From: Oopsacas minuta | Taxonomy: Eukaryota; Animalia; Porifera | Assembly: GCA_024704765.1 (NCBI GenBank) | Contig: JAKMXF010000222.1 | Location: 186,001 to 250,000, forward strand | DNA length: 64,000 nt | Direction: 5' to 3' | Shown here: positions 44,015 to 55,562 of the stretch, piece after piece | How positions within the stretch are numbered: the stretch's first letter is position 1 | How the letters are laid out: every line of letters begins with the position of its first letter | The notes under the pieces: generated by a model | Seen by the model: the letters and a program-made list of their open reading frames with translations, nothing else | What the model was told of the DNA's origin: nothing | Databases searched by the model: none | Made by a program: the position numbers and the translations under genes

Positions 44015-45490
44015 ATGCTACCCCGTATCTCCCTCGTTTTTGGAGTTCATTTGTATGGGATTATGAATTCACTCCGTTTCCACAGGCCCTGTTGTGGAGG
44101 TTACACGGCATTCATGTATTTTCGTACATTGATTAATATATTATATTTCTTTATAAGAATGACAATCGATTTGAATACAACTTCCTGGTTACATAAGAAC
44201 TGCCCAGGATTTTACGTGAAGGGAGATAACATAGAAATAATTAATTCGCCTCAACAATTCTACCGATCTCTTTTACACAAAATACAAACTTCAAATCACA
44301 GAATTACAATATCCTCATTATACATCGGGACAGGGAATTTGGAGGAAGAATTAGTGAATGCGATTGACAAGCGGATGTGTGAAAAACTGCACTTAAAAGT
44401 ATGTATTCTATTAGATAGATTAAGAGGTACACGTGGTGACCCAAACTCCCTCATGCTCCTTCTTCCTCTCATCAAAAAACACAAAAACAGACTCCAACTA
44501 AGTCTGTACACAACTCCCATACTGAGAGATTATAAACTTTACATGCCACAGAGGTTAAATGAAGGCTTAGGAGTACAGCACATAAAAGCATACATATTCG
44601 ACAATGATATTATAATTAGTGGGTGTAATCTATCTGAATTATATTTTACACACAGACAAGATCGTTATATACTATTACAAAACGCGCCTAATTTAATACA
44701 ATACATTGATGACGTAGTAAAGACTGTTTGTTTGCACTCTGAACAAGTGACAGGGAAATTAGGTAACGTTTCGAAAAACAATGCATTAATATCACAGACA
44801 TTAGGCAAAGCTGTAAAAAAATTAATTTCCAAATATACTGTGACGCCGAATGGTCTGGAAAGTGATACTATAATATACCCTACAATACAAATGTTCCAAC
44901 ATGGGATTATTCAAGATTTAACGGCGACGCGGGATCTATTCATGAATACAAACTCCACTGATTCAGTGTATATCTCTTCTGGTTACTTTAATATGCCTGA
45001 TTTATTCACCGATACATTTACATTGAGTAAAGCTAAATTTCATGTTCTAGCTGCATCTGAACAGGCTAATGGTTTCTACAAAGCACAGGGCTTATCTCGT
45101 TACATCCCCACGATGTATTTACAATTATCTAATCAATTCCTGGAGCTTATTAAAGATTCGAATAAACATATTAAATATTACGAATTCCAAAAGGAAAATT
45201 GGTCATTTCATGCTAAAGGGATATGGTATTATAAAAACGGCGATGATTTTCCTTTCCTTACACTAATAGGATCTCCGAATTATGGTTATAGATCTGTATG
45301 GAGAGATTTAGAACTTCAATTCTTCATACAAACTAATAACAACTCGTTAAAACGAAAACTCGATACTGAATGCAAAAGTCTATATCATCCATCTACAACA
45401 GCTGAGATAAGTTCCAAAGTTATTAGGAGAGATAGACATGTAGCAACTTATGTAAAATTAGCAACCAAATTACTTAGAGGTTTTCTATGA
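44015..45490 (+). CDS. PGS1: Mitochondrial phosphatidylglycerophosphate synthase (PLD superfamily)
   Basis: ITISSLYIGTG, HIKAYIFDN..ISGCNLS, RQDRY, FHAKGIW, IGSPNYGYRSVWRDLE. A short in-frame intron near 44110-44158 is possible. Confidence 0.93.
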   Translation: MLPRISLVFGVHLYGIMNSLRFHRPCCGGYTAFMYFRTLINILYFFIRMTIDLNTTSWLHKNCPGFYVKGDNIEIINSPQQFYRSLLHKIQTSNHRITISSLYIGTGNLEEELVNAIDKRMCEKLHLKVCILLDRLRGTRGDPNSLMLLLPLIKKHKNRLQLSLYTTPILRDYKLYMPQRLNEGLGVQHIKAYIFDNDIIISGCNLSELYFTHRQDRYILLQNAPNLIQYIDDVVKTVCLHSEQVTGKLGNVSKNNALISQTLGKAVKKLISKYTVTPNGLESDTIIYPTIQMFQHGIIQDLTATRDLFMNTNSTDSVYISSGYFNMPDLFTDTFTLSKAKFHVLAASEQANGFYKAQGLSRYIPTMYLQLSNQFLELIKDSNKHIKYYEFQKENWSFHAKGIWYYKNGDDFPFLTLIGSPNYGYRSVWRDLELQFFIQTNNNSLKRKLDTECKSLYHPSTTAEISSKVIRRDRHVATYVKLATKLLRGFL

Positions 45491-45936
45491 CACAATTCTT
45501 AGAAACCTTTTGAGTTCTTCCTTTAGTGGAATTTATTTATGCATTTATTACAAAGCATCAAACGACTGTTTTAAATATAGAAGAGCAAAATTTTTAATGA
45601 CTTTTATGTATTTTGCATATTTATTTACGAATTCTAAAGGATATCGTATACGGTATTAATTGAATGAACTTCCTGCAACGAAAGTCACGTACAACCAAAC
45701 TTCCTTTCAATTTTATTGTGTAGGATTTATAATTCCTTAAGTTTCTTGGTTTGTGTTTTTATTGCATTTACCACGTTAAAACATGTTTTTTCCTTCAATA
45801 AAGATGTATGCTTTACTCTGTAAATTGATATTTAAACAATAATTGTATTGAATATACAGTTTTGTAATTAGAATTTGAATGAAACCTTGATTGTTATTTT
45901 GAAAAAACAGTGATAATTAAATTCATAAAACGCAAA

Positions 45937-47742
45937 ATGTCGACAGATCGAATAACTGAACAGTCGAACTTATTTGATTCAGATGATGACGGTGGAGAAG
46001 ACATTTTTAACACAACAGAATCACCGCGAAAAGTAACTAAAAAAGTAGTCACACAAGAAAACGATCCATTTCTAAACATTCTCGATTCGGAGACGACCAA
46101 TTTGTCCCCCTATCTAACACCCAGCACGCAATCCCCAGGGGGCGTTGATATTAGCGATGATTTAGGATCCCAAAACATAGCAGATTCATCCGAAGACTTT
46201 GAGAAACAATTAGTAGCTGAAAAAGCACGTTCTGCTACATACAACGCACTGAACAATGAGCTCTATGAAAAACTGGAAACTGTAGAACTTGAATTGGAAC
46301 AAACTAAATTTGATTATGCAAAGAGTCAAGAAAAATTGTCTTCCAAACTCGAGGAAGAATCACAGTGGAATTTACAAAAAGAAGCATTGAAATCTCAGCT
46401 TAGAATCTCTCAAGACGAAAATCAAAAGCTTAAAACGGAAAATCAGGAATTAGGCGTCCAATCTCAAATGGAGAACGATACCACAAGCGACCAAGTAGCA
46501 GTATTGAGGAGTGAACTTAACAATGCTTTGACTGATAAGGAAAATGCCATCAAGAATTTACAAAAGGTGGAAACCACATTATCGAATCTAAGTAAAGAGA
46601 ATAAGAATCAGGATAATTATATTAGTGATCTAAAGTCTCAATTAGCAGAGAAAAATGAGACTATTGCTCAACTAGAACAACAAAAGGTTTCGGCCGCTAG
46701 AGAAGATATAAGTGATAAAGATATGAGTTCTACTATTAAAAATTTAGAAAAAAGTATTGCCTTGAAAGATCAGAAAATTTCAGAACTGGAGGATTTGGCT
46801 ATAATTGCTCGTCGCAGTAAGCGACAAGAACAGGAAATGAAATTACAAGATGAAAAGATAATTACACTTGAGAGGAGAGTCGAGTTCCTGCAAAATCAAG
46901 ACCGATTGAGGACCAAATCTCCGACCGAAGATCAAATATCAAATCCGCAAGTTGAACTTGTGCCGCAGCCAATCGAACCAGTTGAAAAGCAAATCGAACA
47001 ACTAGTTAAACCAGTTCTAGAGGTTGCCGAACCTGTACTCCAACAAACACAAGCTAGTCATACCAAGAAATCTGCTCCAGTGCCTGGAACACCTAAAATA
47101 TCGATAGACACGTCTGCACACGTGAATTCAGCTCTTCCTCCCCGTGAAACACAGAATAAGACTGCTGTTATTGTCGATAGACAAACCGGCAAAAGTTTAC
47201 GCACGGCTACACTCGAGGAGCGAATGAAGAAATTCCGGGGGTCCGCAGAGAATATCGCCAGTGATGAGTCTTCTGCGACTAAACACACTTTCCGACGTGT
47301 GTCATCCTCAGGGTCAGCTCGTAGTACACCCAGTCCCGACATTTTACGAGCTACGTCTCTCCCTGTATCACCGGATATCGGAGAAACTGAAATAAAGATC
47401 GATCCTCCTCAAAGCCTACCACCTCGGGATCCGAGTGATGCCAATAAAGTAGTCAAATCTCCACTCAAAAAGACATACAGCCCACTACTTTCTAGAGCTA
47501 ATAGAGCAGATGTAGATCCTGATATATGCATATCATGCGGACGTCGTGCCTACCCAATCGAAAAAATCACAGTTGACAAAATGCCTTACCATAAATTCTG
47601 TTTCAAATGCATAATCTGCAAATCAATACTGCGCCCTGGGAAACACGCATCTTATGAAGGCACTATTTACTGTTTAAACCATTTTAAACAGGAGTTTTTG
47701 GGAGGTGGAGGCAAATACCCTGGACAAATAAGACACTATTAG
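45937..47742 (+). CDS. Coiled-coil protein with a C-terminal LIM domain (LIMD2/EPLIN-type LIM)
   Basis: Heptad-rich residues ~85-330; CISCGRRAYPIEK..YHKFCFKCIIC..IYCLNHFKQEF. Confidence 0.85.
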   Translation: MSTDRITEQSNLFDSDDDGGEDIFNTTESPRKVTKKVVTQENDPFLNILDSETTNLSPYLTPSTQSPGGVDISDDLGSQNIADSSEDFEKQLVAEKARSATYNALNNELYEKLETVELELEQTKFDYAKSQEKLSSKLEEESQWNLQKEALKSQLRISQDENQKLKTENQELGVQSQMENDTTSDQVAVLRSELNNALTDKENAIKNLQKVETTLSNLSKENKNQDNYISDLKSQLAEKNETIAQLEQQKVSAAREDISDKDMSSTIKNLEKSIALKDQKISELEDLAIIARRSKRQEQEMKLQDEKIITLERRVEFLQNQDRLRTKSPTEDQISNPQVELVPQPIEPVEKQIEQLVKPVLEVAEPVLQQTQASHTKKSAPVPGTPKISIDTSAHVNSALPPRETQNKTAVIVDRQTGKSLRTATLEERMKKFRGSAENIASDESSATKHTFRRVSSSGSARSTPSPDILRATSLPVSPDIGETEIKIDPPQSLPPRDPSDANKVVKSPLKKTYSPLLSRANRADVDPDICISCGRRAYPIEKITVDKMPYHKFCFKCIICKSILRPGKHASYEGTIYCLNHFKQEFLGGGGKYPGQIRHY

Positions 47743-47989
47743 TTATACACAGTGTGAATTTGTGATATTATTACTTTTACATATAGCAACAAATAGTTAG
47801 AGTGATTTCTGTTTAGGTAGATTAAATATACAAATAATTACTAAATTATATCTTTTGATGTATTCAATAGGAAGTAAGTAGGTAGTATTGCTGTTATGCT
47901 ACCATCTTTTATTTAACCTTGGTTGTTGGTTGTGGATTAGTAGTTATTAATTACATATTTTTGCTTTCTTATAAGTGATTTTAACTTAA

Positions 47990-48278
47990 TATATATTCCC
48001 GAGATTTATTTACTAAATCTCGGTATATTCGACAATTCCCTGGATTTCTAAGTATTACGTCCATAAATAGAAGTTTTAGCTATTATTTGGGAAATGTACA
48101 GAAATTTGTAGTACAGTAGAATCTCGTTAATACGTACAAGAGCTGAAGTTGTGTACTTCTTATCCGGAAATTCGTATTAACGAAGTTCTACTGTATTTCC
48201 CAGGATTATCAAATGTGTCCCTGTATTTCCTGTAAAACCCCGGCATAATCCAGAGATTCAGGAGCGTTGGCAAGTATG
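47990..48278. mobile_element. Family C element (left end approximate) carrying a nested family B MITE
   Basis: Right end GTTGGCAAGTATG at 48266-48278; internal hairpin CCGAGATTTA/TAAATCTCGG. Confidence 0.4.
48114..48193. mobile_element. MITE family B (TA-CAGTAGAA TIR)
   Basis: TA-CAGTAGAATCTCGTTAATACG ... CGTATTAACGAAGTTCTACTG-TA. Confidence 0.85.
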
Positions 48279-48711
48279 GTTATTGTACATAGCATAGAAA
48301 TCCCTCTTACTGGAGTGTAAAATTCCGCACTAGAACCTATTATTACATTTATATTTATTCATTGAAATAATATCGAAGGGGTATATATTAATTATAACCA
48401 TGAGGATACTTTTTACAGTTATTATAACCACCATGATATGAGGTAGTATATTTGAGCGAAAATTCACTCAAAAACAATGAACTAACATATTTTCTAATAA
48501 AAACAATCAACACAACTCAAAATTGCTGAATATATTAATTGTGGTAAAGTTCACTGATTAAAACATAATATTCAGATGATCATGTAACTATTGCATGCTG
48601 AATACTGTGACGTAAGATTACACACAGTAGTATTATATTCAATAGCTTCTTCTGTCTAGCTATAAGTAGCTCATATTAGCTTGAATACAATACATAAATT
48701 GTTTCGTGAAA

Positions 48712-50310
48712 ATGGACACTTTTCAATGGGAACTCAATTCAATAACGGAGCTTGCTTCACCGAACTCTTTGAAACATGAAAAATCAGGTCAGCATGACTC
48801 TTTAGGTCTTACAGCGCTCGCCTGGGCAATTCTCTACCAGAGATGGGATCTAGCACAAAAATTGCTTGACAACGGTATTGACCCTAACGTATGTTGCGCT
48901 GATGGTATATCTGCCCTGCATATGGTCTTTGTAACGTTTAGCCCTAATATGTACGCGTTGCCAAGTTTCAGGCCATCTTACTATTATATTTATACTGAAG
49001 GCGTTTCCCCACAGTGTACATCCATACAGGAACTCGAAGATATTCCCCCGAAGTTTTTGACATCCCTTATAGAATACGGGGCAAGACTTATCCCTGATAA
49101 ATGGATGGTAACGCCATTGACCTTTGCGCGTATGGCATGTCTTAAAGCTGAGGCTAAATCAATGGAACATCATCTTGACCTGAGAGTGCATGATGTTTTA
49201 GAAAGTTCTATATTACAAGCTGTTTCCCCGTCATTGGAAATGTCACATGAAAATCTCTCTGCTTCGGTTAAACACGGTGTAACATTGCCAGAATCTTCTC
49301 TTATCTATCTTTGGGATAAAACTACCAGTCCTCTTGAAAGACTTCTATTACTATGCGATAAATTGAAACTCATATATCCATTCCCTTCCCTTCCCATCAA
49401 ATTTTATCTAAATATAGCATTTACTGCATTTATACTGAAATATGACTCCAAAGATGCACCACCAACCGACCAGTTGTATTTGTTCAAACTTTTCATTTTT
49501 TACCTTGAAATGATCGGTACTGGCTATCCGGCTCATTTCCTCCAATTCTTTAGAGACGATGCACTAAAAATTGCGAATAAAGAGCTGAGGATAATTACCC
49601 ACTTTTTGAAACATTTAGAAGGGTCATTAGAAACGCAATATATGACTGATGGCACCATAGAATGGTTCCAACCAATCGATCATATATTCAAAACGAACTA
49701 CTCTCAACTGCTAAAACTTGACTTGCCCCCTACTCAAAGCGATCTTGCGAAAGGAGAAGGATTAGTTTACAGACTTATGTTCGCTCTCACACGAATAAAT
49801 TCATGTTTACATAACGATTCTCGGTTGAACGAAAGCTATGCACAATGGGTAGATGAACTGAACTCATCCTTGTGTCGTATGGATCCACTCATGTCGATTC
49901 TCATTCAGTACTCAAACAGTATTCATACCTTCCAAGAAACGACTAGTATGATCGAGTTTCTACTGAGATACGGCGTTGATATAAATGAGAGGTCTCGTGA
50001 TTCCCTTACAAGTACTTTACATAAAACTGTACAGATCAACGACCCAGAAATGTTTATATATCTCCTCGATAAGAACGCGTATTTATTCATAGTAAACAGA
50101 GCAGGTTTAACTCCACTTGACCTAATAGACATGAAATACCCCGGACATGAAAAAGACCCGTTCTCCCAGACACAAAAAGTACATCCTCCTTTCCCTTTAA
50201 AGTCTCTCGCGGCACGAGTTATAAGTCGTCATGCTAAACTTAATGAGTTATTCGTGGGACATCACCACTCCCATCTTTTCAAGTACTTAGGTCTACACTA
50301 TAGTTCGTAA
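48712..50310 (+). CDS. Ankyrin-repeat protein with a C-terminal BC/VHL-box-like motif (FEM1-like layout)
   Basis: GLTALAWA..LLDNGIDPN, GISALH; C-terminal STLHK..GLTPLD repeats; FPLKSLAARVI. Confidence 0.7.
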   Translation: MDTFQWELNSITELASPNSLKHEKSGQHDSLGLTALAWAILYQRWDLAQKLLDNGIDPNVCCADGISALHMVFVTFSPNMYALPSFRPSYYYIYTEGVSPQCTSIQELEDIPPKFLTSLIEYGARLIPDKWMVTPLTFARMACLKAEAKSMEHHLDLRVHDVLESSILQAVSPSLEMSHENLSASVKHGVTLPESSLIYLWDKTTSPLERLLLLCDKLKLIYPFPSLPIKFYLNIAFTAFILKYDSKDAPPTDQLYLFKLFIFYLEMIGTGYPAHFLQFFRDDALKIANKELRIITHFLKHLEGSLETQYMTDGTIEWFQPIDHIFKTNYSQLLKLDLPPTQSDLAKGEGLVYRLMFALTRINSCLHNDSRLNESYAQWVDELNSSLCRMDPLMSILIQYSNSIHTFQETTSMIEFLLRYGVDINERSRDSLTSTLHKTVQINDPEMFIYLLDKNAYLFIVNRAGLTPLDLIDMKYPGHEKDPFSQTQKVHPPFPLKSLAARVISRHAKLNELFVGHHHSHLFKYLGLHYSS

Positions 50311-50941
50311 CTTTAGTAATTTTGTGTTAATTCAGCTTTCTTGTAGTATTGTCTTGATAGATACTGGCTTAGTGCTTTTGAGAAGGGAAATTCATTGAAG
50401 TGTTTGGGATATTCTTGTTAATTAAAGTGCTATTTTGATTCAAATATAATAATCTATTTCTTAATTGGGAAAACTTTCTTCTTATCAATAAATAAACAGA
50501 ATTACCGAATTACGGAAAAGTATAAATACGCTGATGTTCGCCATTTTGTTTTCGTAATAATTCCTATATTAAGTTCACGTATTCATTAGTAAGGGAAATT
50601 CCTGCAAAATACTAGTTGCTAATGCGTATAGCTGAACTCCATCGCATTTAGTTATATAAATTGGCTACACTGATATTCTTCGTTCCTTGGATAGCGGAAC
50701 CGATTGTACATAGAACCGTTATCCTAATTAAAATTATGTAGACTGTATTTGCGAATCACTAGTTATCCTTATTACTACATTTTGTTATCGATTATAATTT
50801 CATTCAACGAGCCGCCAGACGTCATACAACTAACGTAACATATGAATACACCATATATACTATTAATACTAATTTTAAACAGAATTCAGTGAATATTATT
50901 TGTATTTATTGTGTAGTCTTAGGATCAACAGATACAATACA

Positions 50942-51538
50942 ATGTCAAATCTCTATGCATTGGTATTGTACTATAAAGACAATGGGAAAGCAGTTACAAA
51001 ACGTGCATCTTATGATCTAAGCTCTTTCTCATTTTTCGTGCGTAGAAACGTGAAAGAGTTTATGGAATTCGCCGCTTCTGTTCTGGTAGAACGCACAGAA
51101 ATCGGTCAGAGAGTTTCCGTGAAAGAACGCGAATACAGATGTCACGTGTATGTCCGATCCGATTCCCTGGCAGGTGTTGTAGTCAGTAACATCGACTACC
51201 TGCCACGTGTTGCTTTTGCACTTGTATCACGTGCTCTAGAACAATTTACATATGATTTCCCACCAGGCGGATGGCCTGGCATAAGCCCAGACCTTTCTTA
51301 CCCACCATTAGACGCATTACTAGCTAAATACCAAAATCCCAAAGAAGCAGATGCTCTATTAAAAATACAATCTGACCTTGACGAGACGAAATTTGTGCTA
51401 CACGACACGATACAAGCCGCTTTGGAAAAAGGAGAATTATTAGATGAACTCGTTAACAAGACTGACAAACTTCGAGATTCTTCTAAAACATTCTATAACG
51501 GAGCAAAGAGCGCCAATTCCTGTTGTACCCTAATGTAG
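50942..51538 (+). CDS. YKT6: Longin R-SNARE Ykt6
   Basis: DLSSFSFFVRRNVKEFMEF, QNPKEADALLKIQSDLDETK, C-terminal CCTLM prenylation motif. Confidence 0.97.
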   Translation: MSNLYALVLYYKDNGKAVTKRASYDLSSFSFFVRRNVKEFMEFAASVLVERTEIGQRVSVKEREYRCHVYVRSDSLAGVVVSNIDYLPRVAFALVSRALEQFTYDFPPGGWPGISPDLSYPPLDALLAKYQNPKEADALLKIQSDLDETKFVLHDTIQAALEKGELLDELVNKTDKLRDSSKTFYNGAKSANSCCTLM

Positions 51539-51684
51539 ATATTATTTAACACCTTATAAACACAAAAATAGCCTCATAAATATGCTATTCATTAGGATTG
51601 TAAATAATAAATATATTCTAACTTCTTTTCTGCTGCTCAAGTGAATATTACTGCATGTTTGTATTTATTTTTAATATCTACATA

Positions 51685-51753
51685 CACTCAACTCCTGTCA
51701 TATCGAAGTAATTACCGCATTCCCTGGGGCTTCGATATCACAGGAGTTGATTG
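51685..51753. mobile_element. MITE family A copy 5, 69-bp internal-deletion derivative
   Basis: CAACTCCTGTCATATCGAAG / CTTCGATATCACAGGAGTTG inverted ends, TA flanks. Confidence 0.8.
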
Positions 51754-52184
51754 TATTTGCTTCTCATAATTATCCTTTATGAGTTCTAATTTTCAGCTCG
51801 TGCAGGCGGCCATTATTATTGAAGTACTCTAATCGAGATATTGAATATGTGTTATAGTGCCGCATACGTTATCTCACTTATAAATTATCACAGTAAGGAA
51901 TTCTGGATAGCTCGTAATTTCAGATATTTGCTCGAAAACTCACTTTTTCCGCGACCAAATTTCCTTTTCCGCACTTTACAAAACCATTGACCTAGTGCAA
52001 ATTATGATATAACAAGGCTAAAGATTTCCTTTCAAATTCGTATTATTCTCTAATTTATCAATTGAATTGTGTCATCTAATTGACAGTATATTATATCACT
52101 AACCAATTTCTATCAATGAATCATTAATAGAACCTAAAAACATATAAATACACACATTAAACCTGACTATTTACTTTATTAGGT

Positions 52185-55100
52185 ATGGATATTCGATCAG
52201 GTGAAGTCTCTGATGTTCTATTCTGTCGAATATCCTTTCAATACATGGGATCATTACAAATGCCACATGCATGGAAACAAGGGCCTTCTCTATCGTGTAT
52301 TAATACTTGCATAAAACGTATTGAATCTGAAGGCCGTGATCCAATACTTGTATCATTGGAGCTACACAGTAACAGTTTGAAACTTGTGAACAATTCAGGT
52401 AACACAATTCGTGTATTTCCATTTCATACTCTCGTATACACGGGTGCTTCTACTTCTAATACAGAATGTATGGTAGTTGTAACACGGTCATCTCTAGCCG
52501 AATATTCGCCACGAACTCAAGATGAAAATTTCGGGAAAATTATGAATATTTCGCATGCATTTAGAATCCAACCATCTCAAAGTGTTATAAAATACCACGG
52601 ACCTGCGAAAGCGCAGAGATTAATGCGGAATTTAGATGTTGTAGATTATCCACACGATGCACTACGTGTATTGAAATTGTTTATCCGTATGTTTGAGCTT
52701 TGCGCGAAATATGAACCAACCTTGAAAAAGCCAAGACCCCAATACGATAATAACAGTGGTTATGTAATACTCGTAGATTTCCGGACAAACACACACGATT
52801 TGAGCTCAAGTTCTGAGCATTCTCCATTCGTATCACTTCAACCTTCAAGTTCTGACGGTAGTATGACTGATAATCTAAGTTATACTGTGTCAGAGAATTC
52901 CCAGAAATTCGATTCATTATTCGACAATCTAGCTACACAATCTGATAGTAGATTGAATGGTAAATTGAATCCAATCAAAACATCATCAACTAGTTTGGAT
53001 TGTATCACGAAATATCAAACAAAACACACCAAACAAGGAAGTTACTCTAGTCTCCACGAATCGTCTTTACTGCAGATACCATCCTCACAGCGACGAAAAC
53101 CGCAGAATAAACAATTAAGCGAGAGCCAGCCTTGCTTAAGCAATAATACAAAGCATGTAGAGCAATGGATGGAGTCGCTAGACAATCTTCTACACGATCC
53201 AGTTGGTGTAGATTTATTCAGAGAATTCCTAAATAAGCAAATTTGTGTTGAAAACTTGGAATTCTGGCTTGCAGTTGAGAAATATAAAAGTCTTAAAAAC
53301 CCAATTGAAATTGGCTTACATAAATCTGCGATTTTTCAGAAGTTCATACATGATAAAGCTCCGTCTCAAGTAAATTTAGAATTGAAATTGCGAAAAGGTA
53401 TTTTCGCGAATATGCATCTACCAGATACTTCAATCTTCAATCAAGCACAAAAACAAATTTACCATACACTGCGATTTGATTGTTATCCCCGATTTAAGAA
53501 CTCTAACATTCTAAGTGATTATATCCGCGAAAATAGATACACACATTTGAAAGATAGCGTCAATAGCGAGGATATACGAATCAAAACCTCGATTACAGAT
53601 ATCCATAGTTCAAGCCAGTCAATTAATCCGAACGTATCCATGAGCGAGAATGATAAACAGCAAAGACATTCGTCAAACCCTCTGACATTTATTCGTAGAA
53701 GTTTTAGCAAACGTAAAAATTCCTCAACCAGAGACAACCCAGTGGAAGAATTCACCTTTGTGCGAAATAACATCCCCACAAATCAAGAACAAACAGAACG
53801 ATGCATTTACCTACACATACCAGGTCAAGACAAATTCCTCGTTGAACTGAAACCCGATCAGACACTACGCGAAGTGCTACGGCCTATCCTAAACAATTTA
53901 AATCTACTCCCTGAATTATACGAGTACAGACAAGCTGATAACCTCAATATCGTCCAACTTGATAAAAATTCACTACTTTTCAGTGGTAAAAATATTCTTC
54001 TACAACAACACACTGAAAGTTTCATACTAACAATGCAATTGTCCTCACAGCCAATACAAGAATACATTCTCCGTACATCTAACTCAAAAACAATTCTAGA
54101 CATTATACAGCCAATTCTTAGCTTAAAAGGCATAAGCAAGGATTCCGTATCTTTACACTTAGCTGATTGTAATGTTCCTATACAATTAGACGTACAAAGT
54201 ACAGTTTTGAATAAGCAAAGGGTTGAAATGATTGGGCAAGATAGTTTCGGGACTTTAAAGGTTAAAACTGGAGGTTACACTTCACCCGAAAGTTCACCAA
54301 CTCGCGATTCAAAACAGGAATTATTTAAAACTCAATACCCTAAAAGGAAAGTGAATAAAATTCGTACTTCCTTACGCGGTAAGAAAGAAAAAAGCGCAAA
54401 TACTAAAGAAATGTTTTCTCTCATAGAATCAGCGCAAGGTAACCGATTAAACGACCAAAGATCTGAAAGACAAGATAATTTCAATAAAACATTTCTCCCC
54501 GATAAGCCACCTAAAATCCCTGCGAATTCTAACACTAACCGATCTAATAACGCTGACATCTGTCCACATACAGGTGAAGTACTTTTCCAAAATGATGTAT
54601 ACCAACCGAAACACAATAATGTAGAAAATCGACCAATTGTCCCCCCTATCGATAGGTTAAACACAGATCCACCCAAATACACTCCTCATAAGCCAACTAC
54701 CCGCGTACCGTTAAACCTAGCAGAAGCTAAATTCCAACAGAATCAGGTGACGTCATTCGCGCAAAACTTAAAACTCAACAACAACGCAATTAAATACCAC
54801 ATTGCACCAAATGTACAAGCAAACTCTTATAACTACACACAGAACTATAATCCCTATCAAACAGGCATACAGCCTCATTCTACACTACCCGTAGCTCCTG
54901 TATACTCAATGCAACGCTCACAACAGTCACTTTTCTATAAAGGAACACAACATGTAGCATCTACGAAGATTACTACACACTATAATTCGGGTTATATCGA
55001 CAAGACAAATGAAATGTATAAGGAAACTCCTGTAATAAACTCTACACGAGCAATACTTGCAGTTCCTTCACCGTTTGACGATTGTAATCTACCATCAAGA

Positions 55101-55253
55101 ATGAATTTCTCACAAAACCTATCCCCCAATTTAAATGTTCATAATAACCTCGCATCTCCTGTAATTCTTGGTTACAGACAAGTGCCGGTTAATACTGAAT
55201 CGAAGTTAACTAATTCTTACCAGAAAACAGTCCATCCGCCTTCCTACTTATAA
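52185..55253 (+). CDS. RGS12: RGS12/loco-like: PTB, RGS, tandem RBD and GoLoco (an upstream exon is possible)
   Basis: FQYMGS PTB start; WMESLDNLLHDPVGVDLFREFL..ENLEFW..FDCYPRF RGS box; RBD-like region; EMFSLIESAQGNRLNDQR GoLoco. Confidence 0.85.
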   Translation: MDIRSGEVSDVLFCRISFQYMGSLQMPHAWKQGPSLSCINTCIKRIESEGRDPILVSLELHSNSLKLVNNSGNTIRVFPFHTLVYTGASTSNTECMVVVTRSSLAEYSPRTQDENFGKIMNISHAFRIQPSQSVIKYHGPAKAQRLMRNLDVVDYPHDALRVLKLFIRMFELCAKYEPTLKKPRPQYDNNSGYVILVDFRTNTHDLSSSSEHSPFVSLQPSSSDGSMTDNLSYTVSENSQKFDSLFDNLATQSDSRLNGKLNPIKTSSTSLDCITKYQTKHTKQGSYSSLHESSLLQIPSSQRRKPQNKQLSESQPCLSNNTKHVEQWMESLDNLLHDPVGVDLFREFLNKQICVENLEFWLAVEKYKSLKNPIEIGLHKSAIFQKFIHDKAPSQVNLELKLRKGIFANMHLPDTSIFNQAQKQIYHTLRFDCYPRFKNSNILSDYIRENRYTHLKDSVNSEDIRIKTSITDIHSSSQSINPNVSMSENDKQQRHSSNPLTFIRRSFSKRKNSSTRDNPVEEFTFVRNNIPTNQEQTERCIYLHIPGQDKFLVELKPDQTLREVLRPILNNLNLLPELYEYRQADNLNIVQLDKNSLLFSGKNILLQQHTESFILTMQLSSQPIQEYILRTSNSKTILDIIQPILSLKGISKDSVSLHLADCNVPIQLDVQSTVLNKQRVEMIGQDSFGTLKVKTGGYTSPESSPTRDSKQELFKTQYPKRKVNKIRTSLRGKKEKSANTKEMFSLIESAQGNRLNDQRSERQDNFNKTFLPDKPPKIPANSNTNRSNNADICPHTGEVLFQNDVYQPKHNNVENRPIVPPIDRLNTDPPKYTPHKPTTRVPLNLAEAKFQQNQVTSFAQNLKLNNNAIKYHIAPNVQANSYNYTQNYNPYQTGIQPHSTLPVAPVYSMQRSQQSLFYKGTQHVASTKITTHYNSGYIDKTNEMYKETPVINSTRAILAVPSPFDDCNLPSRMNFSQNLSPNLNVHNNLASPVILGYRQVPVNTESKLTNSYQKTVHPPSYL

Positions 55254-55562
55254 ATACTGGTTTGTTACTTATGTTATCGCTATGTTGTTTGCACATTGTT
55301 TCTATTATAATTTTTAGAATAGCAAGCTATTATATATTATATTAAACTTTATACTACATCTTCATATGATTCGTTTCTCAATTATTATGTGCATTTTTAT
55401 TTTATGGGGCGTTTGCGTTTCTTGTCAGATTGCCTTCTGACGGGAAGGTTGACAAATATGTCCATGGTTACTTCTTAGATAATTAATTTCCAATACATTT
55501 TAGCTTGACGTTCCTCTGAATCGAATGCCCTTTTCAATAACCTGACCACTTAAACAGACACA

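Noticed and set aside
43217-45490. TMEM86 and PGS1 as a lipid-metabolism cluster
   Set aside because: Two genes in different pathways and compartments; adjacency alone is not evidence.
50689-50724. Small hairpin GGATAGCGG...CCGTTATCC upstream of YKT6
   Set aside because: Short, imperfect and single-copy in the window; within chance expectation.
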